Shown: one piece after another, positions 55,741-64,000 of the stretch | How positions within the stretch are numbered: position 1 is the first letter of the stretch | How the letters are laid out: every line of letters starts with the position of its first letter | IMG/VR virus record: IMGVR_UViG_3300017700_000721 | Location: 54,082-118,081 of that record | DNA: 64,000 nt | From: a virus | Lineage: Duplodnaviria > Caudoviricetes | Reading direction: 5' to 3' (one strand) | Notes under the pieces: generated by a model | Told to the model about the DNA's origin: nothing | What the model saw: only the letters and a program-made list of their open reading frames with translations | Database searches by the model: none | Translations under genes and position numbers: made by a program

Positions 55741-55747
55741 TACAGCT

Positions 55748-58700
55748 TTAGGCCAGGTTAGCCAAAGCGGAGGCGATCAGCAAGCCACCCTGAGAGCGAG
55801 GCGTACCCAAGGGGTGACGGGAGTCAGAAATCCACGGGTAGCGAGAGCCCGTCAAAGGATCTACTGATCCAGCATCAAGAGCCCAGTCGGAATATGGAGA
55901 CATATGAGCCCACGCGCTCAAACAGGAGATATCTCTTGAAGGGTTCGCCACCTTGTAAGCGTTGATCTGCTTGAGATACTCGGGCATCATTGCTGCCCAG
56001 CGCTGCTGGTCGTCAGCAATGAAGACGTCTTCGGCCCAGCCTGGCATCCCAAAGACCAGCTTCATCGTTGGCTTAGCCTCGAAGATGCTGTCAGCCATTC
56101 TCGGTATAGCTATGGGTAGGTTTGTCAGAATGCGAGTCGTCGTATCGTAGGTCCAGTCGTTTGTTCCCAGCATGATAAACATAATGTCTGGCATGGACAC
56201 GGACGTCATGCCCGCGTTTGACAGACGGTACACGTAGTAGCCGAAGTCGAACACCTGGCCATTGTTGACAGTCCCGGCCGGATCCGTTGCGGCAATAGAC
56301 GTTGAGGCCACAGTCTGACTGGTGTCAATAGAATAAGTGCCTGCCCCACCCATCACAGATCCGGTCAGCTGAACCAAGATCTTGGTGTTTAAGGTAACAC
56401 CGCTTCCGCTTATTACCTGACCCGGTCGATAGACGCCTGTCAAGGTCCCACCCACGGTCAGTACGGCTCCTGCAATTGAGCTTGCCGTACTGGTTCCGTG
56501 AGGAGGGCGCAGCATCGGGTTGTAACCCACTCGAACAGACTTGCTGCCCGCCGCATACGTCCCTTCATCGCCCAGAGGGAGAGGTGTCGAGGTCGTTGTG
56601 TTGGTGGTAAGATTCATCGTGCCGCCAATGCTTCGGCTCTCTCGACACTCACCCCAAGGCCCGGTGGCGTCGAGAGTGGATCCATCCACGTTAGAGGTTC
56701 GGATGGATCCTATGAAGTTCGGGATCACACCCCAAAGCAAACAGAAAGCCTCCACAAACTTTAACATGCGGCGGTTGCCGATGGAGTCCCAGAGGAAAAG
56801 AACATTCGGCGCCTTTGCCAAGCCAATGTTCGGGACCTTGTTAAAGGTCAACGGGAACTCGTACTTTCGGCCGGCCGGCTCGCCTGACTTCCAGGTACGT
56901 AGGACCGCGGCGCTGGTTCCAAACGGGATCTTGGTGGTGTCGATGTCAAAACGCTGGTCGCCAGACAGTTCGTACGGGTACTGATTGTCCGCCGTGCGCG
57001 TAAAGCTGAGAGAAGCTCGGAAGTTACGCTTGTCTCGAAGGCGAACGATACTCTCTAGATAGAGAGGGACCGTTGTCCCATCCACCACTCGCATATTCTT
57101 GCTGAGAATCGGCAGCGGGGTGTCTGAACGCAGGCCGATGCCTAGGTTGTTTTTGTCGTAGTCGTTCTGGTAAATCCAGCCGACAGGGCCTTCCTTCTTC
57201 GAAGCAAACTGAATACCGCCCACGATGTATGTAGCTGGATCAGCGTTTGTGGTTCGAATACCAAATAACCACCTCACGAGATCGTAAGTCACTTTGGCGT
57301 TTACGCGGTAGTACCTCACTCGGGTGGTTACAATTTCTTCCAGCTCCGCTGGATACGTTGTCACGCCGCTGTCAAAGGCTCCGTACCTGTAACCCCAAGC
57401 GCCCGCTGCTGAAAAGTTCCAGGCAGCATCATCACGATCAGCCAGAACTTTCAGTCGAACCGAGATCCAAGAGTTACCGTCGGTGCGCTCAACGTTCATT
57501 CCGTAGGTTGCGTATGAATTAACCGACGTCACGCCACGGTTGATGCCCGCAGCGTTCAACTCCGTGTTGACGATATCAACAATCGTCGCAGTGGAGCTGA
57601 AATAAAGGGCATTATCAGGGTCGTTACCCTGAGTAAAGATGTTGCGTGAGCAATCTTCTCCTGAGGCCCCTCCTACAAACTTATGTAAGCTTGAGTAAAC
57701 CCCGTTGTAGACTCGGACAATTTCCGGTGTTCTCCTCGTAGCGTATAAAGGCTGGCCCGTCGAGGAAGACAGAATAATCGGATTGGATCCAGCTTGGGCT
57801 AGATCCATGCTAAAGAAAATACGATAGCCTGTGGTCGGTGAAGGAGTTGCAATCTTCCAGTACAAAGATCCATCCGAGGGAGCAACACTCACCGCCGATC
57901 CCAGTTCCCCCTCACGCCAAGTAAGGGCAGGGATGTAGACAAATCCTTCCTCGATGACACCTGGGTATTTAAATGCAAGAATGGTGTTCCGCGTCGGCTC
58001 CAGAATATAAGCCAGGTCCCAACTTATCTGACACCTGAACGCAGTGGACAGGGTGCTGTCCGAGTAAGATGCTAGGCGTCCTCCAGCGTTCCAACAGCCA
58101 AGCCCATCTCCTACCAAGGAAGTACTATAGGCTATGAGCCCCGTATTTCCGTTGTTTACGCAGGCGTAAAATCCCACGGTCTGTCCCGCCAAGATCGGCA
58201 CGTCTAGGTCAACCTCGTTGTACCCAAGCTTCACTTCGATTGGATAGAACCTGGAGGTGGTCTTCGTGTTACCAGAAATGGTAAACACGCCCCAATACAT
58301 AGTTCCAACGTTCAACCCGAAGTAGCGAACTTTCCTCACCCAACCATCGTATCGGGCTACGTCACCATATACGACGGTATTGCTCGATATCGGGTCGTCC
58401 GTAACAAGGGTTGTACCGAAAGGACGACCGATAGTCTGGACAAGCTCAATTCCCTTACGCAAAGGGTCAAGCCAGGACTTAACCTCGGCATAATTAACAC
58501 CCTGGTAAGATATGTCAAAGCCTAGTTGGATCCTAAGATTATCAACCTGAGTTCCCGTTCCCGTTGTCGTGACGTCTCCTGTTATACGCCAGAACCCCAA
58601 CTCGTCGGAGTACAACCCCGTTGAGTAGGGAATTAAGTTCGGAGCGTAGATGCCTACATATTGACCCTCGGGCACATAAAGCTCAAAGGCCTGAACTTGA

Positions 58701-59416
58701 GCTCCGGTACTGATTGAGATCGGGATATTCTTGACTATCGTCAGATCATCGCCCACAGCCGTTGCAAGGCGTATGTAGGCGGTTCCTGCGGCCTTACCAA
58801 AATACCGAATGCTTCGGATGTAACCCGATCGGGTGGCTGGTTGGCGGAAGAAGAACGTATTAGCTGCAAGAACCGTACCATCAACGCAAGCTACTGCGCG
58901 ACCGATCGTCTGAATTCCCTCAAGCTTGTTCAGAATAGCGTCGGTGTAGGCTTTACTCGGAAGAGCAAGTCCTTGATCCGTCGCCACTCCTGAGACATTC
59001 TTGTAAAGGTTCGCAAAGACGTCGTTGGCGCCCTGAACAAGGAACAGCTGACCGTTGGTCGTTGCGGCGATACCAAGGGCGGTTGAAGCGTAGACCCCAC
59101 CAGGAAGACCTTGAGGTCCTGTCGCCCCTGGCGCTGAACAAGACTGCAGATCCCAATCAGCGTAAGTTCCTGAGCCTTTGATAGACTGGACGTCAAGCGT
59201 AAGCGTCGTGCCCGCGTAGGACATAACCATACCCAGCATCTGGTTGACCGTCGGGTTGGCTCTCGAGGTCGCCAGAACATAAGTCCCAGGGCGGTAGTTG
59301 CGCCCTGACTGGGTTGTAAAAACCTTCGTCGTTACCGCAATCAGCAAGCTGGTTGCGCTGGTAGCTAGGTCGAGGTTCGGCCGGCCGTAGTCTCGGAGCT
59401 TTACTGGTACAGCCAT
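55748..59416 (-). CDS. tail spike/fibre with C-terminal SGNH hydrolase domain
   Basis: 1222 aa, beta-rich, short collagen-like GxY stretch; WDSIG, LGTND, DSRHP. Confidence 0.75.
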   Translation of the reverse strand: MAVPVKLRDYGRPNLDLATSATSLLIAVTTKVFTTQSGRNYRPGTYVLATSRANPTVNQMLGMVMSYAGTTLTLDVQSIKGSGTYADWDLQSCSAPGATGPQGLPGGVYASTALGIAATTNGQLFLVQGANDVFANLYKNVSGVATDQGLALPSKAYTDAILNKLEGIQTIGRAVACVDGTVLAANTFFFRQPATRSGYIRSIRYFGKAAGTAYIRLATAVGDDLTIVKNIPISISTGAQVQAFELYVPEGQYVGIYAPNLIPYSTGLYSDELGFWRITGDVTTTGTGTQVDNLRIQLGFDISYQGVNYAEVKSWLDPLRKGIELVQTIGRPFGTTLVTDDPISSNTVVYGDVARYDGWVRKVRYFGLNVGTMYWGVFTISGNTKTTSRFYPIEVKLGYNEVDLDVPILAGQTVGFYACVNNGNTGLIAYSTSLVGDGLGCWNAGGRLASYSDSTLSTAFRCQISWDLAYILEPTRNTILAFKYPGVIEEGFVYIPALTWREGELGSAVSVAPSDGSLYWKIATPSPTTGYRIFFSMDLAQAGSNPIILSSSTGQPLYATRRTPEIVRVYNGVYSSLHKFVGGASGEDCSRNIFTQGNDPDNALYFSSTATIVDIVNTELNAAGINRGVTSVNSYATYGMNVERTDGNSWISVRLKVLADRDDAAWNFSAAGAWGYRYGAFDSGVTTYPAELEEIVTTRVRYYRVNAKVTYDLVRWLFGIRTTNADPATYIVGGIQFASKKEGPVGWIYQNDYDKNNLGIGLRSDTPLPILSKNMRVVDGTTVPLYLESIVRLRDKRNFRASLSFTRTADNQYPYELSGDQRFDIDTTKIPFGTSAAVLRTWKSGEPAGRKYEFPLTFNKVPNIGLAKAPNVLFLWDSIGNRRMLKFVEAFCLLWGVIPNFIGSIRTSNVDGSTLDATGPWGECRESRSIGGTMNLTTNTTTSTPLPLGDEGTYAAGSKSVRVGYNPMLRPPHGTSTASSIAGAVLTVGGTLTGVYRPGQVISGSGVTLNTKILVQLTGSVMGGAGTYSIDTSQTVASTSIAATDPAGTVNNGQVFDFGYYVYRLSNAGMTSVSMPDIMFIMLGTNDWTYDTTTRILTNLPIAIPRMADSIFEAKPTMKLVFGMPGWAEDVFIADDQQRWAAMMPEYLKQINAYKVANPSRDISCLSAWAHMSPYSDWALDAGSVDPLTGSRYPWISDSRHPLGTPRSQGGLLIASALANLA

Positions 59417-59417
59417 T

Positions 59418-60044
59418 TTACCCTACCTGGAACCTGGGGCGCAGCTTCCCCGCTGACAATAGCAAGAAGAAGGTTACACCGTTCTCGTCACACTCCATCG
59501 GAAGTGTCGGGTCGACTGACACTCCGGGATCCTCAAACTCAAAGATCCCTGGGTTCACCGTAAACTTGTTGGTCGCAAAAGTGCTCGCGTAATCGTTAAA
59601 ATAAAACTTGTTCCCATCAACGGAACCCGGCGGGATAAGACATTCAACTGGCCCGTCCGTGGTGTCAATATCATATCCCATCTGGGGTATGGCCGTAAAC
59701 CCACTCGTCTTGAGCACAAAAGGCTCCATTCCAGTGGAAGCAGGGCGAACACAGGAGACAATCTTGTTACCCTGGGAAAAGTCCACTTTTGATCCGGTGG
59801 AAGATGCAATTGGAGTATCGTCCCGATCAATAAAGACCTGCCCGCCAGAGTCTCTGTAAGTGCAGAGGGTTAGCTCGTATTCGCTCAACTCAAGGTGCTC
59901 GATCAGCCCCCAAAAGGTGTCTCCGTCGACGAAACCAGCGTTAGCTGGAGTCCTCATCTTGGAGATGGCATTCCCCAAGAATAAAGATCCAGCCCCGTTC
60001 GTTTGGGTCGTTACCTGTACCCTGTCAGCTGACTTATAAGACAT
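59418..60044 (-). CDS. tail fibre adaptor-like protein
   Basis: N-terminal ~100 aa paralogous to 60057-63323 (DRVQ...DGDTFWGLIEHLE..E.ELTLCTY). Confidence 0.6.
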   Translation of the reverse strand: MSYKSADRVQVTTQTNGAGSLFLGNAISKMRTPANAGFVDGDTFWGLIEHLELSEYELTLCTYRDSGGQVFIDRDDTPIASSTGSKVDFSQGNKIVSCVRPASTGMEPFVLKTSGFTAIPQMGYDIDTTDGPVECLIPPGSVDGNKFYFNDYASTFATNKFTVNPGIFEFEDPGVSVDPTLPMECDENGVTFFLLLSAGKLRPRFQVG

Positions 60045-60056
60045 AAGAGCTAATCC

Positions 60057-63000
60057 TCAGGCCACGTTCGCGATGTAGGCCGCTATCGCCTCGCCGTGCT
60101 GCTCGACGTTGAGCGGCCCACCGTGGATTTCGTCGGTGATCAGGGCGTACTGGATGCCGGTCGCCGCATCGGCTGCGGGGCTTGCCGCCATCGTCCAATC
60201 CAGCTCGCCCGAGACGTGGGCGTGCGTATTGATCATATGCACGTTGCTGTCGCCGAGCTGGCGCACATAGGAGTTGAGTTCGGCAATCATCGCCATGCTC
60301 TCGTCGTAGCGCTCCCGGGCCGCCGTAGTGTTGGCAATTGTCGGCATCCACAGGCCGATACGGGCGGATGGGCATGCCGCGCGGATCGACGGGACAACGA
60401 TCGGCAAAGCCGTTTGAACGTTGAGTAGCGCTTGAGCGGCATTTGATTCCAGCTCGTCGTTCCGCATCAGACCGATGATGACGACGTCCGGATCGGCGAA
60501 CCCGAAGCGCGTCAGGTAAAAGTCGAAGTCGAAGACATAGCCGTTCTTGATAACTGACGGGCTGTCACCTCCTGTCGAGGCGCGGATATACGGATTGTAA
60601 GCAAGCTTCGCGGTCTTGGATAGGGCAAGGTAGGTAGCCTCCGAACCCGGCGCCAACGGCGCCGCTTCGCCGTCCAGGATCGAATAGATCAGGTCAGACC
60701 AAGCGCGGCTTTCGCGTGCTTCGCCCAATGGGCCACCCGTGCCGGTCGTCGAGGAGTTGGCGCTGGTGTTGATTGTGCCCAGCCATGTGGGCGATGTAAT
60801 CCCCCACGCTGCCAGCTTGGTCGCGACCGACGTGAGAAGGCCACGGTTCGTGATTGAATCGCCAATTACATGGATCTTTGGGGTGGCTGTCAGCCCACTG
60901 TCATTGGCGATATAGTTAGTGAAGGTCATTTTGCTGCGGCGCTGCAGATCTCGGTTGAGAGGATGCAGGACAAGCGTCGAGGTTGCCCCCATCTTTTCGC
61001 CTTCAAGCATGATCCTTCGCCCGCTTCGCGTAAACGGATAGTTAGCAAGGCCACTAACTATTGAGCCCAACTCCGCTACAAATGTCTCGTCATCCATTCG
61101 AGAGCGCAGGGCCGAAGGCATGTACAGAGGTAGCGGTCTGTTCCGCACCATGAAAAACCGCGACCCAAGCACAGGTGCTGGTAGGTCGTTTGTCGGGTAA
61201 TCCTGCCGGGAAATCCAAGGAACAGGTTGCTGCGATATACAGAACTGGACGCCACCTACTGTAACCGCCTTACCAGAACTGCCGGTGCTGCCGATTGCGA
61301 TCTTGTCGGCCCCGGCTACCGAACTCATCTGGCCTGACAAAGAATAGATCGCGGCAGTGGTGCTCAGCTTCTCTTCCAGCGTCAACGTCAGAGGGCCAAT
61401 ATCACCTCCGTTCCGGTAGGCAAATAGACCTACGGCACCGAACTCGTTTGCTGTATCAGCTTGGATGTAGCATCGAGCAAAGACGAATTCATTCCCCACA
61501 AGTTTCCGGGGAAGCTCGATACCATAAAAAGAGTTGAAGCCACCCGTTGTCGCCTTAGAGCCACGCGTTATACCCAACGCCGTCAGCGCAACATTGGTGA
61601 TGTCAGCCGGAGCATTACTATCAGCCGGGTATATCCAGGCATGGTCCGGGTCTTTACCCTCAAAGAATTGGTTTCTGCCAACACCGCCACGACGGTCACC
61701 CACTACCGGGTGTTCGCTGTTGACGACTTTATTAAGCGAGGTTGCAATTAGCGGCTTGCGCCATCCGCCTGCAAGGGGTGCCGCATCTCCGGAGGTCGTC
61801 ACTACAGGTGTAGCACCTGCGTCGGCAGCTTTGTCGTCGTAGAAATAGCGCACCGCACCGTTATTGGTCGTACTCAGCGGGAGTTTCCAATAACGTGACC
61901 CATCAGCGGGTGTGATGAGTTGATAACTCTGATCTTGACGGTAATAATAGAATGCCGGTATGAACAAGAAACTTCCGTCTGCCACGAGAGGATCTCGCGG
62001 ATAAATGATCTGCGACCTTAGGTCCTCGTTCTCTTCCACAAGGTGCGGTGACCAGTACCCTCTCTCCCACGCGACAAACAGAAGCTGTATACGATTGATT
62101 CGGTCGGTCGGAAGACCGGCAGGATAGAAGGCGACCTTGAATGGATTGGTGCTGTCGTCAAAGTCAATGTAGGCGAAGCACACGATGTTTGTGCCAGCCC
62201 CAATCAAAAGCTTTACGTATCCGGGGATCTCCGTACTGTCAGTGCCGTAGTTGCCGGAGGGGAACAACACCACTCCACCCCGTTCAGCATAGAATTTGCG
62301 GGGTACGTACAGAGCACGACCGCCGCCCAAGCCATCGCCTGCAGCATTCCGCCAATCATAGATCAGCGGCTGAGCAAAAGAGACGATTGCCTGATGAGAC
62401 AGACCTATGGCGCCGATCCGTTCAAATCCTATTGGCGTGCTCTCTATTGTGCCGCCTCGAGGGGAGTAACCAAGAAAAGTCTGTCCCGCATACGACGCGC
62501 CTTCCAACACATTGACCAAGATTCCACAGTTAGCGTCGTAGGTTGTGAACCCGGTGTAGCGACTTGCGCTCCCTGATGCAGGGGTGAGGTAAATTCCGTT
62601 GAGGTTAATATTCTTATGGACCAGAACCAAATCACCTGTGTTCAAGGTGATTCCATCGTGGGTCGCGCCGTTGACGATCTGGTTCAGGTTGGAAATACTG
62701 GCCGTCGTTGCAACTCGAACGTCTATCGCACGGCTGGCGCCTGACGGCCCGGAGCCACCCCCAGCACCCCTTGGGCCCGATGCTCTTATCGTCCAGTCTG
62801 CGTAGGTTCCGGATCCCTCCGTGTATTCCACGTCGACGGTCAAGGAGAAACCGTTATAAGCGGTAACCTTCCCGTTCATCTGGTTTACCAACGGAGCAGC
62901 GTTGGATGTAAACAGCAGATAAGACCCTGGGGCGAAGTCTTTCCCGGCCTGGGTCTGGAAGACCCTCGTCCCCAACCCTATTGAAACGCTGGTCGTACTA

Positions 63001-63323
63001 GAAGCTAGCGAGCCTCCAGCGTTGGCTGTGGAGACATTGGAGACTTGCTTCTGTCCTGCTGAAAAGGACATTTTAGATCCAGTTGTGGATCTAACGGGCA
63101 CTGCTGCCCTACTTATGGAGGTGCTCGCGGCGTTGTACGTGCATAGAGTAAGTTCGAACTCGTTCGCCTCGAGGTGCTCGATCAGTCCCCAGAATGTGTC
63201 ACCATCGTTTGCACCCACACCGGCCAGGGTCAGCATCCGGGCCACCGCTGAACCTAAGACCAGGTCGCCTGAGCCGGAAGACTCAGTCAGCATCTGGACT
63301 CTGTCAAAATTACGATGAGCCAT
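60057..63323 (-). CDS. tail spike/fibre with C-terminal SGNH hydrolase domain
   Basis: 1088 aa; VRVATTA..NGIY fibre module; IGDSIT, RND, DEIHG. Confidence 0.78.
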   Translation of the reverse strand: MAHRNFDRVQMLTESSGSGDLVLGSAVARMLTLAGVGANDGDTFWGLIEHLEANEFELTLCTYNAASTSISRAAVPVRSTTGSKMSFSAGQKQVSNVSTANAGGSLASSTTSVSIGLGTRVFQTQAGKDFAPGSYLLFTSNAAPLVNQMNGKVTAYNGFSLTVDVEYTEGSGTYADWTIRASGPRGAGGGSGPSGASRAIDVRVATTASISNLNQIVNGATHDGITLNTGDLVLVHKNINLNGIYLTPASGSASRYTGFTTYDANCGILVNVLEGASYAGQTFLGYSPRGGTIESTPIGFERIGAIGLSHQAIVSFAQPLIYDWRNAAGDGLGGGRALYVPRKFYAERGGVVLFPSGNYGTDSTEIPGYVKLLIGAGTNIVCFAYIDFDDSTNPFKVAFYPAGLPTDRINRIQLLFVAWERGYWSPHLVEENEDLRSQIIYPRDPLVADGSFLFIPAFYYYRQDQSYQLITPADGSRYWKLPLSTTNNGAVRYFYDDKAADAGATPVVTTSGDAAPLAGGWRKPLIATSLNKVVNSEHPVVGDRRGGVGRNQFFEGKDPDHAWIYPADSNAPADITNVALTALGITRGSKATTGGFNSFYGIELPRKLVGNEFVFARCYIQADTANEFGAVGLFAYRNGGDIGPLTLTLEEKLSTTAAIYSLSGQMSSVAGADKIAIGSTGSSGKAVTVGGVQFCISQQPVPWISRQDYPTNDLPAPVLGSRFFMVRNRPLPLYMPSALRSRMDDETFVAELGSIVSGLANYPFTRSGRRIMLEGEKMGATSTLVLHPLNRDLQRRSKMTFTNYIANDSGLTATPKIHVIGDSITNRGLLTSVATKLAAWGITSPTWLGTINTSANSSTTGTGGPLGEARESRAWSDLIYSILDGEAAPLAPGSEATYLALSKTAKLAYNPYIRASTGGDSPSVIKNGYVFDFDFYLTRFGFADPDVVIIGLMRNDELESNAAQALLNVQTALPIVVPSIRAACPSARIGLWMPTIANTTAARERYDESMAMIAELNSYVRQLGDSNVHMINTHAHVSGELDWTMAASPAADAATGIQYALITDEIHGGPLNVEQHGEAIAAYIANVA

Positions 63324-63385
63324 CTTCGTTAGCCAACCTCTGCGGATTAGCTAACGTTCTAATCGTCTAAACGACAGATCAGCCG

Positions 63386-64000
63386 TCACCGACCGCCCAC
63401 GCAGACTCGTGAGGCTACGATGGCATTAGACTGCCCCATCTCGTCATAGCCATAGTATTTGTAGTGGTACTGGTCGGCACCTGAGGTGCCCATCATCATG
63501 TTCCGGGCGACCATCGCTTTGGCTCCACCCCAACCCTTAAAGGCAAAGGCGTCCTCTTGGACGATCTCGTCCTGAGCCTCACGAACCTGCTGGTAGCCGG
63601 TTGTGTCCCCGGTTCCCTTCATTCCCGTCTGGTTCAGTAGGAACGGAGTCTCACTGTTCATTCCTCGAAGGGATCGGGCCCAGGTGATTGCGTTCTTGTA
63701 TGCCGTCTTGTATGTCGCCTTGTCAAAGCCCGGCGTTCCGGCGTCGATCGAGTTGGCATCCCACTCGCCGATGACTCCGATCAGACCTCCAATTTCCCAG
63801 GTGTAACCCGAGGAGAGCATCCCGTCGAGGGCTGTGAGGGCCGACTCCCATTCAGTCTGGGTCGGAGCACGGAGGGGGTTCGCCCAATCAGAGCCAATAA
63901 GGTGGGTTGCGCCTACGGCAAGGTTCACGATGGCCACTCGGTAGCCGGTCAGCTCCTGGAACACCTCGGCAAACCTAGGCCAGGCTGATCCCTCAGACGA
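63386..64000 (-). CDS. sialate O-acetylesterase/CE6-like domain, C-terminal part of a probable tail appendage protein (truncated by window edge)
   Basis: GSAWPRFA, AVGAT, IGEWDA, VREAQ, DQYHY...GY; frame open to the window end. Confidence 0.7.
   Translation of the reverse strand, partial: SSEGSAWPRFAEVFQELTGYRVAIVNLAVGATHLIGSDWANPLRAPTQTEWESALTALDGMLSSGYTWEIGGLIGVIGEWDANSIDAGTPGFDKATYKTAYKNAITWARSLRGMNSETPFLLNQTGMKGTGDTTGYQQVREAQDEIVQEDAFAFKGWGGAKAMVARNMMMGTSGADQYHYKYYGYDEMGQSNAIVASRVCVGGR

Noticed and set aside
55748-63323. Diversity-generating retroelement or invertible tail-fibre switch
   Set aside because: No reverse transcriptase, recombinase, inverted repeats or TR/VR pair seen; the paralogy is diverged.
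1-64000. tRNA genes, CRISPR array, integrase/att sites, stop-codon reassignment
   Set aside because: None seen by eye, and genes pack tightly under the standard code with all three stops used. A tRNAscan run would be needed to be certain.

Overview
A 64 kb slice of a tailed dsDNA bacteriophage genome. Essentially all real genes are on the minus strand, and I saw no integrase, tRNA or CRISPR. The host is Gram-negative (Rz/Rz1 spanins) and probably a high-GC alphaproteobacterium (inferred from the tail genes and codon bias). In transcription order (right to left) the window holds: (1) receptor-binding/esterase tail appendage genes (55.7-64 kb); (2) an early/accessory region under many near-consensus sigma70 promoters, with a Pol-beta NTase, MazG-like protein, BRCT protein, AAA ATPase, ThyX and an HTH protein (40-55.6 kb); (3) a packaging/head module with PPase, double sigma-4 protein, LAGLIDADG, TerS/TerL, portal, MuF-like protein, protease, scaffold and a Herelleviridae-like capsid; (4) a siphovirus tail module with a -1 frameshifted chaperone; (5) lysis genes; (6) a replication module with SNF2, loader, DnaB, primase Zn finger, nuclease, PolA, endonuclease IV and a CobS/CobT-like pair. 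The most notable feature is a second family-A DNA polymerase (31022-33640) directly behind the portal gene. It has no exonuclease domain, keeps the catalytic residues but has altered DNA-contact residues, and is fused to an N-terminal region with capsid-protease-type [LIMV]xK/[SAG] sites. A perfect TTGACA-17-TATAAT promoter inside the gene could produce a leaderless polymerase-only form. Two compact structured-RNA candidates and a shared operator box at early promoters are also reported. All assignments come from motif reading by eye, with no database searches.
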